DNA of 64,000 nt from Hormiphora californensis (Eukaryota; Animalia; Ctenophora): the NCBI GenBank assembly GCA_020137815.1, contig CM035362.1, forward strand, positions 2,852,001 through 2,916,000, written 5' to 3'. The notes beneath the pieces are model-generated. The model saw nothing but the letters and a program-made list of their open reading frames with translations. It did no database searches and was not told the DNA's origin. Within the stretch, counting starts at the first letter, position 1. The number at the start of each line of letters is the position of its first letter. Shown piece after piece: positions 1 through 14,475 of this stretch. The position numbers and the translations under genes were made by a program.

Positions 1-1150
1 CGTACGAATCGTGTTGCGAATCGGTGATGCTATGCGGCAGTGCTCTCGCTAATTAGCAGGATTTATTGAAACATGAATCGTTTCCCCTAAACTTCCTAAT
101 TAGATTTGATGGGGGATCACGTATCAGCATAATCCATCTCGGACCCACTAATTAGCAACATCACTCCCGCTTAGCAATACCGATTCGAAACACGATTCGT
201 ACGCAAAAATTGACATAGAAAATTTTCCATAAAATTGACTTTGAAATATTTTCCAAACTTTTTTACAAAATTTCAGAGAATGATTCTTAACACCTTGATC
301 GGTGCTCTCCATGAATTTTTTGGAAAAAAAAGTTTCTGAATTTGTTGACCCTCTCATGAGGACACGATTCGACAGGAAGTCAGGTATCAAATCAATCCAT
401 ATCGAACCCGCTAACTAGCAAAATCATTTCCACATAGCACCACCGATTCGAAATAGGGTTAATACGGCGAAATTGACATTGAAATCCATACAATTTTCGT
501 GAAATAATTGAAAAATTTTGCATGAAAAAGCCCGATTTCTGGGCATTTTTTGACCAAAAAATTCGGTGGTTCGGCCAAAATTTCCTACCGAACCGAACCG
601 AACCGAACCGAACCGCCCAAAAAACACCGAATTTCCGAACCGAACCGAACCGAACCGAATATTCGGTCGCTTCCTGTCTCACAGGTTAGTCAGTGACTAA
701 TAGTCTCAAACTCAATTTCATGAATCACCGTATTTCAGACCAAAACAGTTTTTCCCACTTCAAGCGCAGCTGTTATACTACAGCTCTACTGTGTAGAGTA
801 ATTAATCCAGTGGGCTCATATATTATGATCAATGAACCATATATGATCAATGACCCCGGGTTTATATAATGAATAAACCCGGGTTTATATGTAGCGGGTC
901 GCCCGGTAGGGTGCTTCGCTACACCATATACTGCCCCACCTGTGAAGCAGGGAGGGTGGTGTCTGGTATATGGTACAAAACCCGACCAAAGGGAGGGGTT
1001 TATGCTTTATATAAGCAAGGATTTATTGATTATAAACTTTAGCGGCAAAAACAACCTTGCTTTTTTATAGCGGGCAAGATATATACATCCCGCTGGGGTT
1101 TATTATAGCGGGTATAATTTACTATCAAAATCTTGTTGATGTGTTTCAGA

Positions 1151-2344
1151 CTGGACAGCAGTAGTGCGGGATAATTGGATTATACCCTGGGACCTGGAGG
1201 AAATACCCCTCCAGATAAAGACGAACTCTACAATGGGCAGTGGTGAGGAGATCTCGGTGGACATGTACGGGAAGGACAGCCGCCATGTCGGTCGTGTAGC
1301 TATGAAGTTCTCCTCCACCATGCAGTGTCGGATACTCTACTGCACCGACATCGGGAAACTGACAGACTTCCTAATACAACCCCCGCTTGAGGTGGATAAG
1401 ATCTGGACGATCACCAAAACAGAGACCGCCATCATCATCACATGTAACAATGTGAGGGTGCTAAACTACCTGTTCGCAAATAGTTCAAATATCGACTGTG
1501 TTCGACCGTTGGAGGGTGATGTTGTGGAGGGGATCATGTTTCACAGTAATTATGACAGAGCATCTAACTTCTACAGAGCAGGTAAGGGTCTTTTTTAATA
1601 CCACTTGTAGTGGTCATGGGGTTGGATTGGATCAGATGAGTTGGTGTTTGGCTTGTTGGTTAAAGGACCCTACAGAGCTTGGGTACCATGCCTGATTGAT
1701 CCATAGTGAGCTACAACGTGTAACTCAGAACTCTCCGATCCCCGCTGCAATCGAACTCACACCTTGATCTTTCCATTTAGCACCAGAGTGTCCTGCATTT
1801 TCTGTTGAGGGATCAACACAAGGAAACTGGGTTGCCTCATCAACAGGGACAACTGCAACCATCGAGTGTGCTGCCAACCATAACCTTGTGGGAAGTGCTA
1901 CACTGATTTGTCAGCAGGATGGATCGTGGTCAAATGATGTACCACAGTGCATTGGTAAGTAGATTGTATTTGAAATTCATGTGTTTACATGAACAGATCA
2001 AAAGTCGAATCGAATTTTTTTGATGGCCCAAAGATGAACAGCCGATTAACACGGGAATTTTTTGATTGACTGATTGGTTGATTGATATATTATATTGATT
2101 GATTGATTGATTGATATATTATATTGATTGATTGATTGATTGATTGACCTGGTTGGGGGTTGGGGATTATGGGTTGAGGTTAGTAACAAATTTGTCTCAT
2201 TAAACAAATAACTTAGATATCAATGTTGTAAATTTTCCAATGATCTCGAAACAATGTATTGTGATGAGTGAGGGCATTCACCAATGCAGTACAATGTGCC
2301 GGGGCTGTACAGATCTTGAGATAGGTTTTTTGGGATCAATCTGA
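1151..2344 (+). CDS. 3' part of an extracellular multidomain protein: ~140-aa ctenophore-type domain (WDLEEIPLQIKTNS...) followed by a Sushi/CCP domain
   Basis: Exon ~1151-1582 (ag|DWTAVVRDNWIIPWDLEEIPLQIKT...NFYRA|gtaag). Exon ~1781-1954 encodes CPAFSVEG...TATIECAANHNLVGSATLICQQDGSWSNDVPQC, a Sushi C..C..C..W..P.C pattern. Possible last exon ~2217-2344. The 5' end is probably upstream of the window. Confidence 0.65.
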
Positions 2345-2812
2345 TATTGGTCCCTAAACTATGTCATCTTCTGGCCAGCACCCAATTAGTGTACTGCATC
2401 GGTGAGTGTAAACTACACCTCAGGGTCCCAATGCCTGAGCACAATGCTAAGAATAGGACCCGAAACCAATGCTAAGAATAGGACCCGAAACCCATTAAAT
2501 AGAATTCTAACCCCCATCCATTTGTTTCAGCTTGTTGATAAAAACGGAGCTATTCATGTTAGCTGTATGGAAGTACACAATACAAATTAACAAGTTTTTT
2601 ACAGTAGCATTCATAATATTTTATGTTTTCAGGCCTAATTAGGCCTATTTCAGAGTCTTTTGTAAATTATGGTTTCTCCAATATCAAACCAATTTTCCAA
2701 CCAATTTTCCAACCAATCTCCATTCTCCAACCAATCTCCAACCAATCTTCAACCAATCTCAAACTGTAGTGCACACGAGTTAGGTTCCTCGTGTTCCTAC
2801 ATTGTTTCTCTC

Positions 2813-5800
2813 TCACTTCTCAGTACAGGGTGACTGAGAGTTAGTTAGCTCATCTAGGTATTTGCTGATCTTATGATAGTTGAAAGTGAGTTATACAAAT
2901 ATTTACTGATTCTTTGGGGGATAGTTTATATTATTTATTTGTTACATTAGTTACGGAGAGATAATAGGCGGAGAGTATTTGGGCCAATATTTTAGAAGAG
3001 TAGCCACGTGACTTTATTGCTGAGAGAATTGTTGAATGAGAAGTATAACCCTCTCTACTTAATTAACTAATTACTATACTCACCAAGATCAGTTGAAATA
3101 AGGGTCTTGTTGAGGGTTTGTAAGTGGTCCTCGTCTTGTTTTATTTGGTCAACTAAAGCCATGTTTTCTGCTGCCACTCTCTCTTTTTCCCTTCGTTCTT
3201 GTAGCAGTTTGTTGAACAGAACCGTAGTGATTCGCTGGGGAATTTGTTACCGTCAGTGAACGAATTATTAGAAAATTAAATAACCTACTGGATACTAACT
3301 AATAATTATATTTATTAGGGAGTAACATTAGCGTGTCAGAATATTTGAAAAAATTCCTAATTTCTACCTCAGTAACAGGAAGATTGATGGGTCGTTCCTG
3401 GACTTCTCCATCCTCCAACAAACTATCCCTAAAGGAAATGGCACACTCTGCAATTTCAAGTTCCTCATTTAACCTTTCCATTTCTCTTTGGTCCTCGTCA
3501 CTCAGACCCGTACTTTCAAGCTCTGATATTCGTTTTTTTACATCGTTCCTCTTTCGTTCCAGTTCCCGGAGCTCACCCTCAAGTTGGATCGACGTGGAGA
3601 GCGTTTGAGTTCTTGATAAGTTAGTGGATTTTCGTGTTATCTCTGTGTCTAGCTTTGAAAGTCGTTGAGACATCCGCAGCATGTCTTTCATCACCACCTG
3701 AAACAGGAGTTACTTATTGAGTAAGGGGTGTCAACAAGGTGTTACTTGTTGAGTAAGGGGCGTCAACAAGGTGTTACTTGTTGAGGGTGTCAACAAGGTG
3801 TTACAGGGGTAGTGGGATTGTAACATTTGGCGAATTTCAATAAAATTTACCAGACTTGGGGGAAGGGGGTTTTTCACGGTAAATTGATGTGCACGGTTGT
3901 CAATACTCAATTGAATGTCTGTAATATCGGGGAATACAGTCGGACCCCGATTTAACGGGATGCTTGGGGGAAAGGGTTTTGCCTGGTAAATCGGGGCCCA
4001 GTAGATCGGGGTCCGACTGCAGTACTTGATAGTGCAATTAAAATAACCCTTGATTTACCTGACTAGTCCGCATTTCCTTTGCTTTCAACTGGTCAATCTC
4101 TGACATAAGTTTATCTCGTTTCTGAAGGGTTTCTTCCTTCCTTTTGAGCTCTTCCTCTCTCATCCTGATTTTCTCCCACTGTTGTGCCACCCTGACCAGC
4201 TCCTCCTCCACTTTCCCACCATCTTCTTCTGTTGTAACAGGATCTGGTATAACACTGCAAGGAGAGGTCGTGGAAGGGTGTTGGATCTAGGCTTTTGAAC
4301 GTGTCACATGACTATTATATCACTCGGCATGAATAAACAATTTTACCCGCTTTCCAGAAAAAGTACATCGGAATTTGAGGTTGATACTTCCTTTCTAATC
4401 CAGGGAAATAACAACCTTTATTACGCAGAAAATTTATCGCCTAATTGATATAATTCCCTATTACCTAGCTGGCAAAGGATCGGTAGTTGGTAATTTCTGT
4501 TGTTGGGACACCCTGTCCTTCAGCCTTTTTATTTGTTCTTCTAGCTTTTGATGGTCTTCCCTTGTACACATGGGCCCCGTTGGTTGCTTGATCACCTGTT
4601 GGTATAAAATGAATTTAACAAGTTAACGGACAAAGCAAGATGAGAGTGAGACATAAAAAACGACATCTTGAATACAATGATCCATGTGGTTTATTACTTT
4701 ATGGTTCCAATGGGATGGGTAATTTGGTTGTACAATGTACATACCTGGGTAGTTGTCATTATGTTCGAAGGAGGGGAGATGGCATTTCGAATATTCCGGT
4801 CCAGGATCGAGAATGTCTTTTTCCGTATAAGCGAACTAATAACATCCATGGTGCAGGGTGTCGTTCTGGTAATAACGACCTTCTCCTTTTTTAGTGTTGC
4901 GTTGAGAGTTGAGTTTAGTTGGTCACCACCACTTTTTATTTCAGCCAATTCTTGTTTTAGTGCAGCTACCTATTTTATATGTTATTGAGTCAGTTGCAAG
5001 GGTAGTAAAATTAGTGTCATGTTCATAGAATTACATAATCAATTAATAAATATTAATATTAATCAATCAACTAATTGAGCTCAAGATATAATATAATACT
5101 GACCTCATGTTGCAATTGTACGACCCTGTCATTAAGTGTACTCTTAGTTTGATCAAACTCAAACTGCTGCTCTGCAAATATCTTCTCATCATTCGCCAGG
5201 TCTTCTTTTAACTGTTCCACCTTTAAACAGAAAGAAGATATGAACGCGATAAGATAACAAATATTCAACCAGAATTAGGGAAATAAAGTAAAAGTTAACA
5301 ATTAAGTTTGAAATATTTCACTGACCTGTCCTTGGAGTTCTGCAACACGAGGATCGTTGGATCGAACAGCAGGCAAGTGATCTTCCTCGTCCGAAACATT
5401 TGCACTGTCTCCTGAGTTAGATTGTCTAAAAGTTTCTGAGGTGCAAACACAGAAGGGCACGATTTTATTGATGAATCTTACCAAAATCTTAAACTATTAG
5501 AAGAAGCAATAAATGAGTGATAATTATGGTAATTGTACCTTGCAAGTGTGTTGTAATTCCCGTAGAGAACCTTATCCAATCCCGCTACACTCCCCTTCCG
5601 AATACACGTCTCAATCCGTCCATGTGCAGAGCTGAGCAGTCGTCGGTACACATCTACCTCATTCTTCATTTCCTGAAATAATTCTTGAAAGCTAGCCTGA
5701 TATATCATAGCGATTGGCGATTGATAATGATCATTTGCTATTTCACCGAAGATGCATTTCCAGTGAGCCGGTAAAAATATTATTAATTAATTATTTAATT

Positions 5801-8405
5801 AACTAATATTGCTACCTGTATGCTGTCTGTCTGACTGGAGAGGTCTGAGTTGCTACTGTTTTCCCGTGTTTTCAGCTGTTCTCTGAGGAAGCAATATCTC
5901 ACTTTCCATCCTTTGCATCTCAACCTCTACCACATCTTTATTAACAATCTGAAAATTAATTAATACACGTCATTTTGAACAACCTAAAAATTAATTAATA
6001 CACGTCAACAATCTGAAAATTTTGTTATACAATCAGGGTGACCAATGATGAAAATTAAAATGAACGCGTAATACAACAGTACATAACAGTAAACCGTTTA
6101 TCAGTTGATGTATCCAAGGACTCACCGGGGTATTTTGAATCCTCCTTGCCCGTTTAGCATACTTCAGCGAGTTGAGTGTCTCCTCAAACGAGTCTCCAGC
6201 TGGTGATACACAAGTTATCATAAGTGTCTGACTGTTCCCACCAAGTGAATCCTTCAACAACCTAGATGGAGATTTAGAATTATTAGGAGACGCTACAACA
6301 CAATATGTCTCTTACAAGATAAAAACGGAACGATTTACAATAACCAAACTATCACAATGACCCTCGCCCATATAGCTAGTCCTTACTAGCGAAACAATTT
6401 TGGATTTTCATTCCATAAACTCGTGTTTTGCTTTGTTGTACATACCTAGTTATTTTAGATGCACGATATGGGACATGGGTGGAAGTCCGGCGTTTTGGTT
6501 CAGTCAATGCACTAATCACATTCCCCAGGGCTAGAAGTCCACTATTGATGTGGACTGATTCCTTAAACCGATCCCCCACATTTCCCGTCCGATGGGCCCT
6601 TTCAGATCCAGCGAGGTCGACAAAGTGAAACTTTCCCGTTATAACCTGTGTCAGATTCAATAAGTCGGATAATACTGGTTGAGATCAGGGTGAATCATTC
6701 CCTAACTACATAGTATAGAACTGATTTATCACCATGTTAGAGGATGAATCATCAATCAGGTACACACTGCAGAGAGCATTACTAAAAAGGGGAATAAAGT
6801 CAACGTGGTCAGGTGTACCTCTACATTTCGCACAGCTGCAGCATCACTGGACTGTCTCTCCACATGGATCGTTAAAATGGCATGGGATCTTGAGGATCTC
6901 TCGTTCATCTGTGTTGATCCAGTTGTCCGAACAGCCATCCCAAACCTCATAACCTTACCAAGTTCTCCCGATGTAGTTACCGGGACTTCTCTTAAACCTT
7001 GGAAGATGTATTTTGTAAAACCTTGTTTCACTTGTCACAATAGAAGATGTATTACTAAACTTGCCACTTTGGGAGGTACCCCCATAAAAAAGTCGCTTGG
7101 CAAATTCCCTCGTCGCTCGGCAATTGGCTCGGCAACAACAGGTGGTTTGCCGAGCCAGTCGCTCGGCTAATCAAGGAAGTCGCCGTGTTTTCACCGCGTT
7201 CTTACAGAAAAAGTACATTTTTTCAGCACTTTTTTTCAAAATCTCCTGCTGAAAAATACAAAGTGCTGAAAAAATGTGCTTTTTCTGTAAGAACGCGGTG
7301 AAATCACGGAGACTTCCTTGATTAGCCGAGCGACTGGCTCGGCAAACCACCTGTTGTTGCCGAACCAATTGCCGAGCGACGAGGGAATTTGCCAAGCGAC
7401 TTTTTTATGGGGGTACAAAGGTACTTGGAAGATGTATTACTAGGCTTTGGATGGAGTAATGACTTCTGCTAGATACTGAACCTAGACCCTTACTTTTAAT
7501 ATTGCTTTTAAAATGAAATACTTAGTATTGGCGTGCTGACCTCTCACCTTGAACAACTGTATTCCCCTTCTCATCCTCCCTGATGAATATTTCGTTGTTG
7601 TTGCTGGAGAGCAAATCTCTTACCTCCTCCAAATATATCTCCAGATATGATACACGCACCTGATATGGATGAAAAACATGAAGTCTAAACAACTGATATG
7701 AGTCCTAACTAAAACACGAAAATATAAAACTAAATGTAATTTATTTATATGTAATCATTTATATATACAATCGGACCCCGATTTAGTGGCATCCTCGGGG
7801 GGAAAATCCTGCCACTAAATCGGGGTACCACTAAATCGGGTTCAAATAATGTTAATTTCCTATATATCGGGGGAAAAAATTCTGCCACTAAATCGGGGTG
7901 CCACTAAATCGGGGCCACTAAATTGGGGTCCGACTGTACCACTTTATAGTGTAAAATAATGGAGCACGCATCAGCAGCCTACGCTTCACATACTCGCTCA
8001 CTTTCAAAAGTGGTTAAAAGAACTTACAGAGAACTGCTCTGATCCTTGTCCACTAATAGATTCAAATATTTGTTCCGCCGCTCTGGAAATCATTCCTCTC
8101 AGCTCAGGATTGCTCTCCACTCCCTCGATAGTGTGAGTTTTACCACTGCCCGTTTGCCCGTAAGCAAGGACTGTCGCATTGTACCCAGCAAGACAAGACT
8201 GCACCAGAGGGTCAACTGTTGTATCGTAAACCTCACTCTGCGTCGTTGACTCCGAGAATACATGGTCAAAGGTGAAGTTTTGATCTTTGCCTATTACTAG
8301 TTGGTTTTTGTTCGGAAGAATAATTATGCATTCGCTACACCCCTTTTCACGATCCAGGAGCGGTCTGACTCGAATGGCGACTTTGACCGATGTAGAGTCT
8401 TCCAT
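2813..8405 (-). CDS. KIF27: Kinesin-4 family motor, KIF27/KIF7-like, ~16 exons
   Basis: Motor motifs [18 protein letters not shown] (P-loop), [10 protein letters not shown] (switch I), [42 protein letters not shown] (switch II), HVPYR and [19 protein letters not shown], then coiled-coil exons at 5.9-3.1 kb. The 3' end (stop near 2813) is tentative. Confidence 0.85.
7079..7413. mobile_element. Palindromic MITE in a KIF27 intron
   Basis: TA|cccccataaaaaagtcgcttggcaaattccc...gggaatttgccaagcgacttttttatggggg|TA; near-perfect foldback. Confidence 0.85.
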
Positions 8406-8470
8406 CGCACTGTGAATTGAAGGAGTTGGGGGTTAGCGTTTTTAGTAAATCATATCCCCTTTACGTATGA

Positions 8471-9887
8471 TAGGGATCCCTAAAAAAGTGCAGTATTTAC
8501 ACAGCATTTACTGTTTACACCATTTAAAGGGCCTAAAAACCCAAATTTTATTTATTTATTTTGAACACTCCATCGTAACAAGCATGCTATTGGAGTCCCA
8601 AAAAACATAGGTACATGCCCCACCCGCCCAATATGAGCCCAGGGGGAGCCCCTCAAGTTGGGGCCCATTTGGGGTCCCCTTGTAAACGCGCTTGTACTCC
8701 TTGAAATGCTAACAATATGGTCCTCTCTCAAATATAAAATTTAGGATAGAAACTATCCTTGTGTTTTAGTAGATTTCATAATCTTTCTCATCAATTATTA
8801 TTTAAGCATATCAAAACTAGGAGAAAAATTACCAGAATACAGAGACAAGAAAGATTATGTAATTACCTGAAACACAAGGCTAAATTTTACCCAAAACTTC
8901 AAATTTCAGAGAGGATCATATTGTTAGCATTTCAAGGAGTACAAGCGCGTTTACAAGGTGACCCCAACTGGCCCCAACTTGAGGGGCTCCCCAGGGACGG
9001 CGCTGGGCCTTGGGCCCAGCAAGTCCCTGGGTGTCCGGGGCCAGGGGCGGCAGCCTCGGTCAGGGGGTGTGGGGGGTGAAACCCCCCACAAGCAGGGTCC
9101 AGGGGCGCAGCCCCGGCGGGGGTGTAGGGGGCAGAGCCCCCGCAGGCAGGGTCCAGGGGCTGCAAGCCCCGGTGGGGGTTGAGGGGCGAAGCCCCCGAAA
9201 ATTTCGGACATTTTGAGGCGTTTTTAAACGATTTTAAGCATTTCTGAACTCCTTTTGTGAAAAATGGAAAAAAAGATGAAAGTTTTCTGATCACAAGAAA
9301 AAAAACTCATCCGCGCGCACACAACATTCTGGGTGAACCGGACACCCTGGTCATGTCAAAATGCACTGTGGCGCGCGGAAGAACCCTCTTTATGCTCTGC
9401 CGTGCGTTACAGGTGCGCGCAGTGAACCTGGGTGTCCGGCAGAGCTCCGGACACCCGGCTGCGCGCAAATCCAAAATTTCGCAGTTTTCACCGATTTTTT
9501 TCAAATTCTTTTTGTTTTTTTCCAGTTTTCTTCTTTTCTCTCTCAGTCTTTTTGGTCTGGGTGTCCGCGGACACCCGGACACCCACGAGCGCCGTCCCTG
9601 GGGCTCCCCCTGGGCTCACATTGGGCGGGTGGGGCGTGAACCTATGTTTTTTGGGACTCCAATAGCATGATTGTTACGATGTAGTGTTCAAAATAATTAA
9701 ATAAAAGTTGGGTTTTAGGCCCTTTAAGCCATTACAGTTTTTCCCACGGCAGCGTGGGAACAAAAAATTCGAAATCTGCGCTGGCCGCTGTGATTGGCTT
9801 AAATTTTCCATCGTCAGAAATTTCAGCCAATCACGGCGCACTGGTGTAAACGCTGTGTAAATACTGAACTTTTTTTAGGGATCCCTA
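8471..9887. mobile_element. Nested insertion just upstream of KIF27: outer MITE (TIR tagggatccctaaaaaag) carrying an inner TTAA element
   Basis: Outer TIRs at ~8471-8510 and ~9848-9887; inner element at 8528-9723. Confidence 0.75.
8528..9723. mobile_element. Kolobok-like non-autonomous element (TTAA TSD, AG..CT termini) with a GC-rich hairpin core
   Basis: TTAA|agggcctaaaaaccc...ggttttaggccct|TTAA; inverted repeats of ~130 bp. Confidence 0.8.
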
Positions 9888-10473
9888 TGGAGTATGGGGT
9901 TGCCCGCGGGCCGCTGCAGCAAATTCCCGATCGAGCTTGAAAATTTCAACGACAAAAATCAAAAGCCAACCTGGCCTCGTTTTTTTAAATATTTGAATTT
10001 TGCTCTAAATTCCATCTGAGCCGCGCGCGCCGCGCCACATGATGCAGAGTAGTTTTACAGAACTCGCGTTGGCTGCTGATCCCTGGCCCTCGTTTAATGA
10101 CAAATTTAAACTCGGGGTTACAAAATTCTAATCTGCAAAATAAACAATTAATAAACCTCTTAACATCATCATCTCTTAATGAAGTGGAGACTGCAGCCAT
10201 TAACAAATATCGATCTCTATTCTCTATGCATTGAATTATGTGGGGAAATAATTATAAAAGTTGTTTGATAGTGATACTTGATTCTATTTCCAACACTGAT
10301 AAACTCCTACAATATAGTTCTACAATAGCATACTATACTTCCCTATTTCGATTGTCCATTCCATTTTTTACATCTTTCTCCTACAAATTACCGTCAAAAT
10401 CCCCATTCCGACTTCGAAGACCCTCGCAGTCGCAACAGCAAAGAAAACACAAACAAACAAACTACCAGGCAAG

Positions 10474-12812
10474 TCACTTTGCACTCTTTCTTCGTTGGCT
10501 GTGTGTCGTCAATGCTTCGTAAAATATTTCCCAAGTCACGCCTCTTCTGAAAAGAGACGGGTGATAAGAAGTTTCAATGTGGGCGTGCACTATACCACCA
10601 ATTTCGGGCTGGGACTGGAAGATGCAGATAGGTAGCACATGCACAGAGAGGGTAAGACAAGGAAAAGTTACCGATACATAAAGTGAACAATAACTACCAA
10701 CCTGTGAGGGCAGTGAATAGCTGTAACACCCAGCTCGCTCGTACTTTTAATATTTCCCCACTCATCATCAAAGAATATCATGTCATTGAAATCAATCCCT
10801 TGCCCCTCCCTGATCTTCGTCATGTGTTTCTTTTTGTTGTTACCTGGAGCAGGAGGGTGAGATGGTTACACAATTAGTTAGGGGTAATAACACCGAATAT
10901 CGCCTTGACTAGGAAAAAATTTGTGTCAAGCTAATTTCTTCACTAACTTGTCCCAATAGGTCCCCTCTAGCCCTCCTGAGTTTTTCCAAACTCGGGATGG
11001 GGTGCAACATGTTCATTTCCGGGTGGGCGTGGTACCTGTATTTTCAGCCTGAGGCCAAAACCATAAGTACCCTTAAAGTAGGAGTAGACATAAAATCGAG
11101 GGCACTAAAGTGATCAGCGTCCTCGCATTAGTGGGGGTAGGTGCCGGAATTGATTCTCTATCTCATCTGGTTAATTAGATAATTGGATAATTAGGTTTGC
11201 GCATAACCGTTTTTTGGCTATATGGCTATAGCCACTTAGGAATGGTTTAGAGACTTTTCACTGGCGCCATTTTGTAGGCAATAGCCAAGTTGTGGGGGGT
11301 CTACGTCGGACTTTTAAGCTCTATCTTCAACCGTTTAGCCGTTATGTGGCTTGAAAGTCACTCAAAATCGGGCTTTTTACCGTTTTTTGCTCTTTTTGAG
11401 CACCTTTAAAGCCAAATAACGGCTAAACGGTTGGAGATAGAGCTTAAAAGTCCGACGTGGACCCCCCATAACTTGGCTATTGCCTACAAAATGGCGCCAG
11501 TGAAAAGTCTCTATACCATTCCTAAGTGGCTATAGCCATATAGCCAAAAAACGGTTATGCGCAAACCTAATTATCCAATTATCTAATTAACCAGATGAGA
11601 TAGAGAATTAATTCCGGCACCTACCCCCACTAAAGCGAGGACGCTGATCACTTTAGTGCCCTCGATTTTATGTCTACTCCTACTTTAAGGGTACTTATGG
11701 TTTTGGCCTCAGGCTGAAAATACAGGTACCACGCCCACCCGGAAATGAACATGTTGCACCCCATCCCGAGTTTGGAAAAACTCAGGAGGGCTAGAGGGGA
11801 CCTATTGGGACACGTTAGTGAAGAAATTAGCTTGACACAAATTTTTTCCCAGTCACACGACTACCGCCCCTAACTAAATGCTAAAAACCCAGGCCAATTT
11901 AGGATTCCAATGTGGGTTTAGCCGGTTGCCCCCCCCCCCCCCCCCAAGGCCCAACATTGCGTTCCGGGCCCCAAAACAGGTATTTAGAGAATCGAAACGG
12001 GGTGTGACACATAACATAGGTTCCTGACACGGGGGTCAGACACACAATCACTATTTTCACTCTTGTGAAATAAAGACCAGGCAAGCCTTACAATCAGGAA
12101 CCGACCGAATCAGGAAATACTGGCCCCTGATTGGCTGATAACCAGTCACGTGACCTAAATAACGAGTTCTGATTGGGTGTTTACTTGCTTACTTACAATA
12201 AATTTCGAACTGTACAAACTCCTTCTTTAGATCCAGCAAGCCCAGTAACTGCATGTAATTCTCAGTTTCAGGGGACTTGCTAGCAATAGCAGTGGGGATT
12301 GAGTGATGCCGGCAGAAGGATAAAATCCGAGGAATATCATCGTAGATTTCGACCTTTTCATTTCGACTATCAACTACCACACCTGTATGGAATTAAATGA
12401 TGGAGAAAGAATTACACCCCAATTTTGTTATGTTCTAACCCTCCCTTTACATTTGTAAAGGTGTTTCGGGTGCGGGGCGCCCGAAACACAGTCTAGCCAG
12501 GCAAACCCCAATTATAGAAATCTATGTCTTCAAGAACACCTTCTTATTATATTTTCCAAGTAGCCCTAGAAGCTTGCTAATAGTAATCATTTGCCTAGCT
12601 ATACCCTGTTTCACGCGTAAAGGGATGGTTAGAACATTTAACAAGTAATCATCAAAAGTAGTAATACTGACACCCTTACCTTTGTGCATTCTAAATGGTG
12701 GATTAAGATGACAATCCGCCCAGTAAGGCCAAACAGTAAAGTCCAGATCAAATATCACTATCTTAGGTTTAGTTTTGTTGACAGGAAACTCTCCATCAAC
12801 GCTGGTGGCCAT
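10474..12812 (-). CDS. MDP1: Magnesium-dependent phosphatase 1 (HAD family), 4 exons (12812-12680, 12383-12193, ~10843-10702, 10546-10474)
   Basis: KPKIVIFDLDFTVWPYWAD (HAD motif I), IAIASKS-type motif II (TAIASKS), MIFFDDE..NI (motif IV), GVTAIHC; GT-AG boundaries keep the frame. Confidence 0.88.
10875..11877. mobile_element. Foldback element (~450-bp inverted arms) in an MDP1 intron
   Basis: 10907-11350 is the near-perfect reverse complement of 11415-11855; outer termini tagttagggg/cccctaacta. Confidence 0.85.
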
Positions 12813-13225
12813 GCTACTATGTATAGAGAGATGGTTGGATTGTGATACACACGGTCTGGAATGGAATGGTTAAGGGTTGGATAAAATTGGGGCTCGATTC
12901 AAGGTAACATACCTCTCTACCAGTCTACCTTGTAGAGTAAGAGGTTACTCAACAAAATCTACCAGTAAAGGGATTGGCAAATTGGAAGATGATAATTGGG
13001 GACAGATTAACCAGATGAAAGGACGATTTTAAAACGTAAAGATATGATATTCATGATATAATTAGAGTCCCAGTACACACAGCGTCACACAGTGACACTC
13101 ACAAAATATCTCCAATAAATACTGCATATTAGACCAATGAAGTTCGATTTCTGCTATTGTGAGCTGAAAATCAGCTTTATGTCACGATCCCTGAATTCCC
13201 GTATAGAAACAATCCTTGTGTTTTT

Positions 13226-13650
13226 CTAGTTGGTAAATAGGACCTCTTCTTTTCGTTTCTTGTTTAGGACGGTTCCAGGTTTATGTTGGGCATCAGGGTG
13301 CCTTTCTAGCTCCGATGGAACTGTACTAACCTGTCATAGGGAACATATTAATATTAGAGAGGGGGGACATATCCCCCCCCCCCAGGGACAGCAAAGTTTG
13401 CCTAGCTAGTGTTTCGCTGCCACTGGAAGATAATTTACACCATTATCAAAAACTACTGCACTGGGAAAAACCATTATCAACGTCATATAATGATTTAAAA
13501 TAACATACCGGTGATTTTCCTATCATTTCTTTGAGGTCATAGAACAGGTGAGAATCGTCATTGGTAATCAGGGTGATAGCAGTTCCAGATTTACCAGCTC
13601 GACCTGTTCGACCTGTAGAGGAGAGATGTGTGAGGAGAGAGTGAGAGAGA

Positions 13651-13737
<87 letters not shown>

Positions 13738-13744
13738 AGAGAGA

Positions 13745-13793
<49 letters not shown>

Positions 13794-14396
13794 AGAGGTA
13801 TCGGTTAAGCATACCGATTCTGTGAGTGTAATCCTCGATATTTTTGGCCATGTCATAGTTGATCACGTGAGTCACACCCTTAACATCGATACCTCGACCT
13901 GCAACATCTGTTGCCACCAGGATATCTGAGGGAGAGGAGTTTTAAAGCGAGAGTGGACAGAAAGCTATGACTCTGAGAGTAATCGAAGTCGTAATGGACG
14001 GCATCCTGAGAACCGATCATCCAACTATATATTATGTTAATCCATCCAACTATATCATATGTTAATATAAAGCTATGTGAGCTACCTTTTGATCCATCCT
14101 TGAGACTCTGAAGGGCAACCTCTCTCTGTTCCTGTTTCTTGTCTCCATGGAGAGTAACCGCTCTGTATCCCAATCTTTCCAGGGATTTAGCCAGCACATC
14201 ACAACCTAGAGGGAGAGAGAGATCGTTATATTAATTAGGGGAGAGGATAGAAAGATTTACCAACCTTTTTTCATGTTTACTAACCTTTTTTCATGTTAAC
14301 AAAAACAATGATAGGGGCCTCCATTCCACTATCAAGCAGGGATAGGAGCTTCTTTTTCTTCTGATCGTGCGAGCACATGTACACAACCTGAGAAAC

Positions 14397-14475
<79 letters not shown>

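Noticed and set aside
8759-9670. Many overlapping Pro/Gly-rich ORFs
   Set aside because: By-product of the GC-rich hairpin core of a MITE; the same motif recurs at ~19.9 kb and ~47.2 kb.
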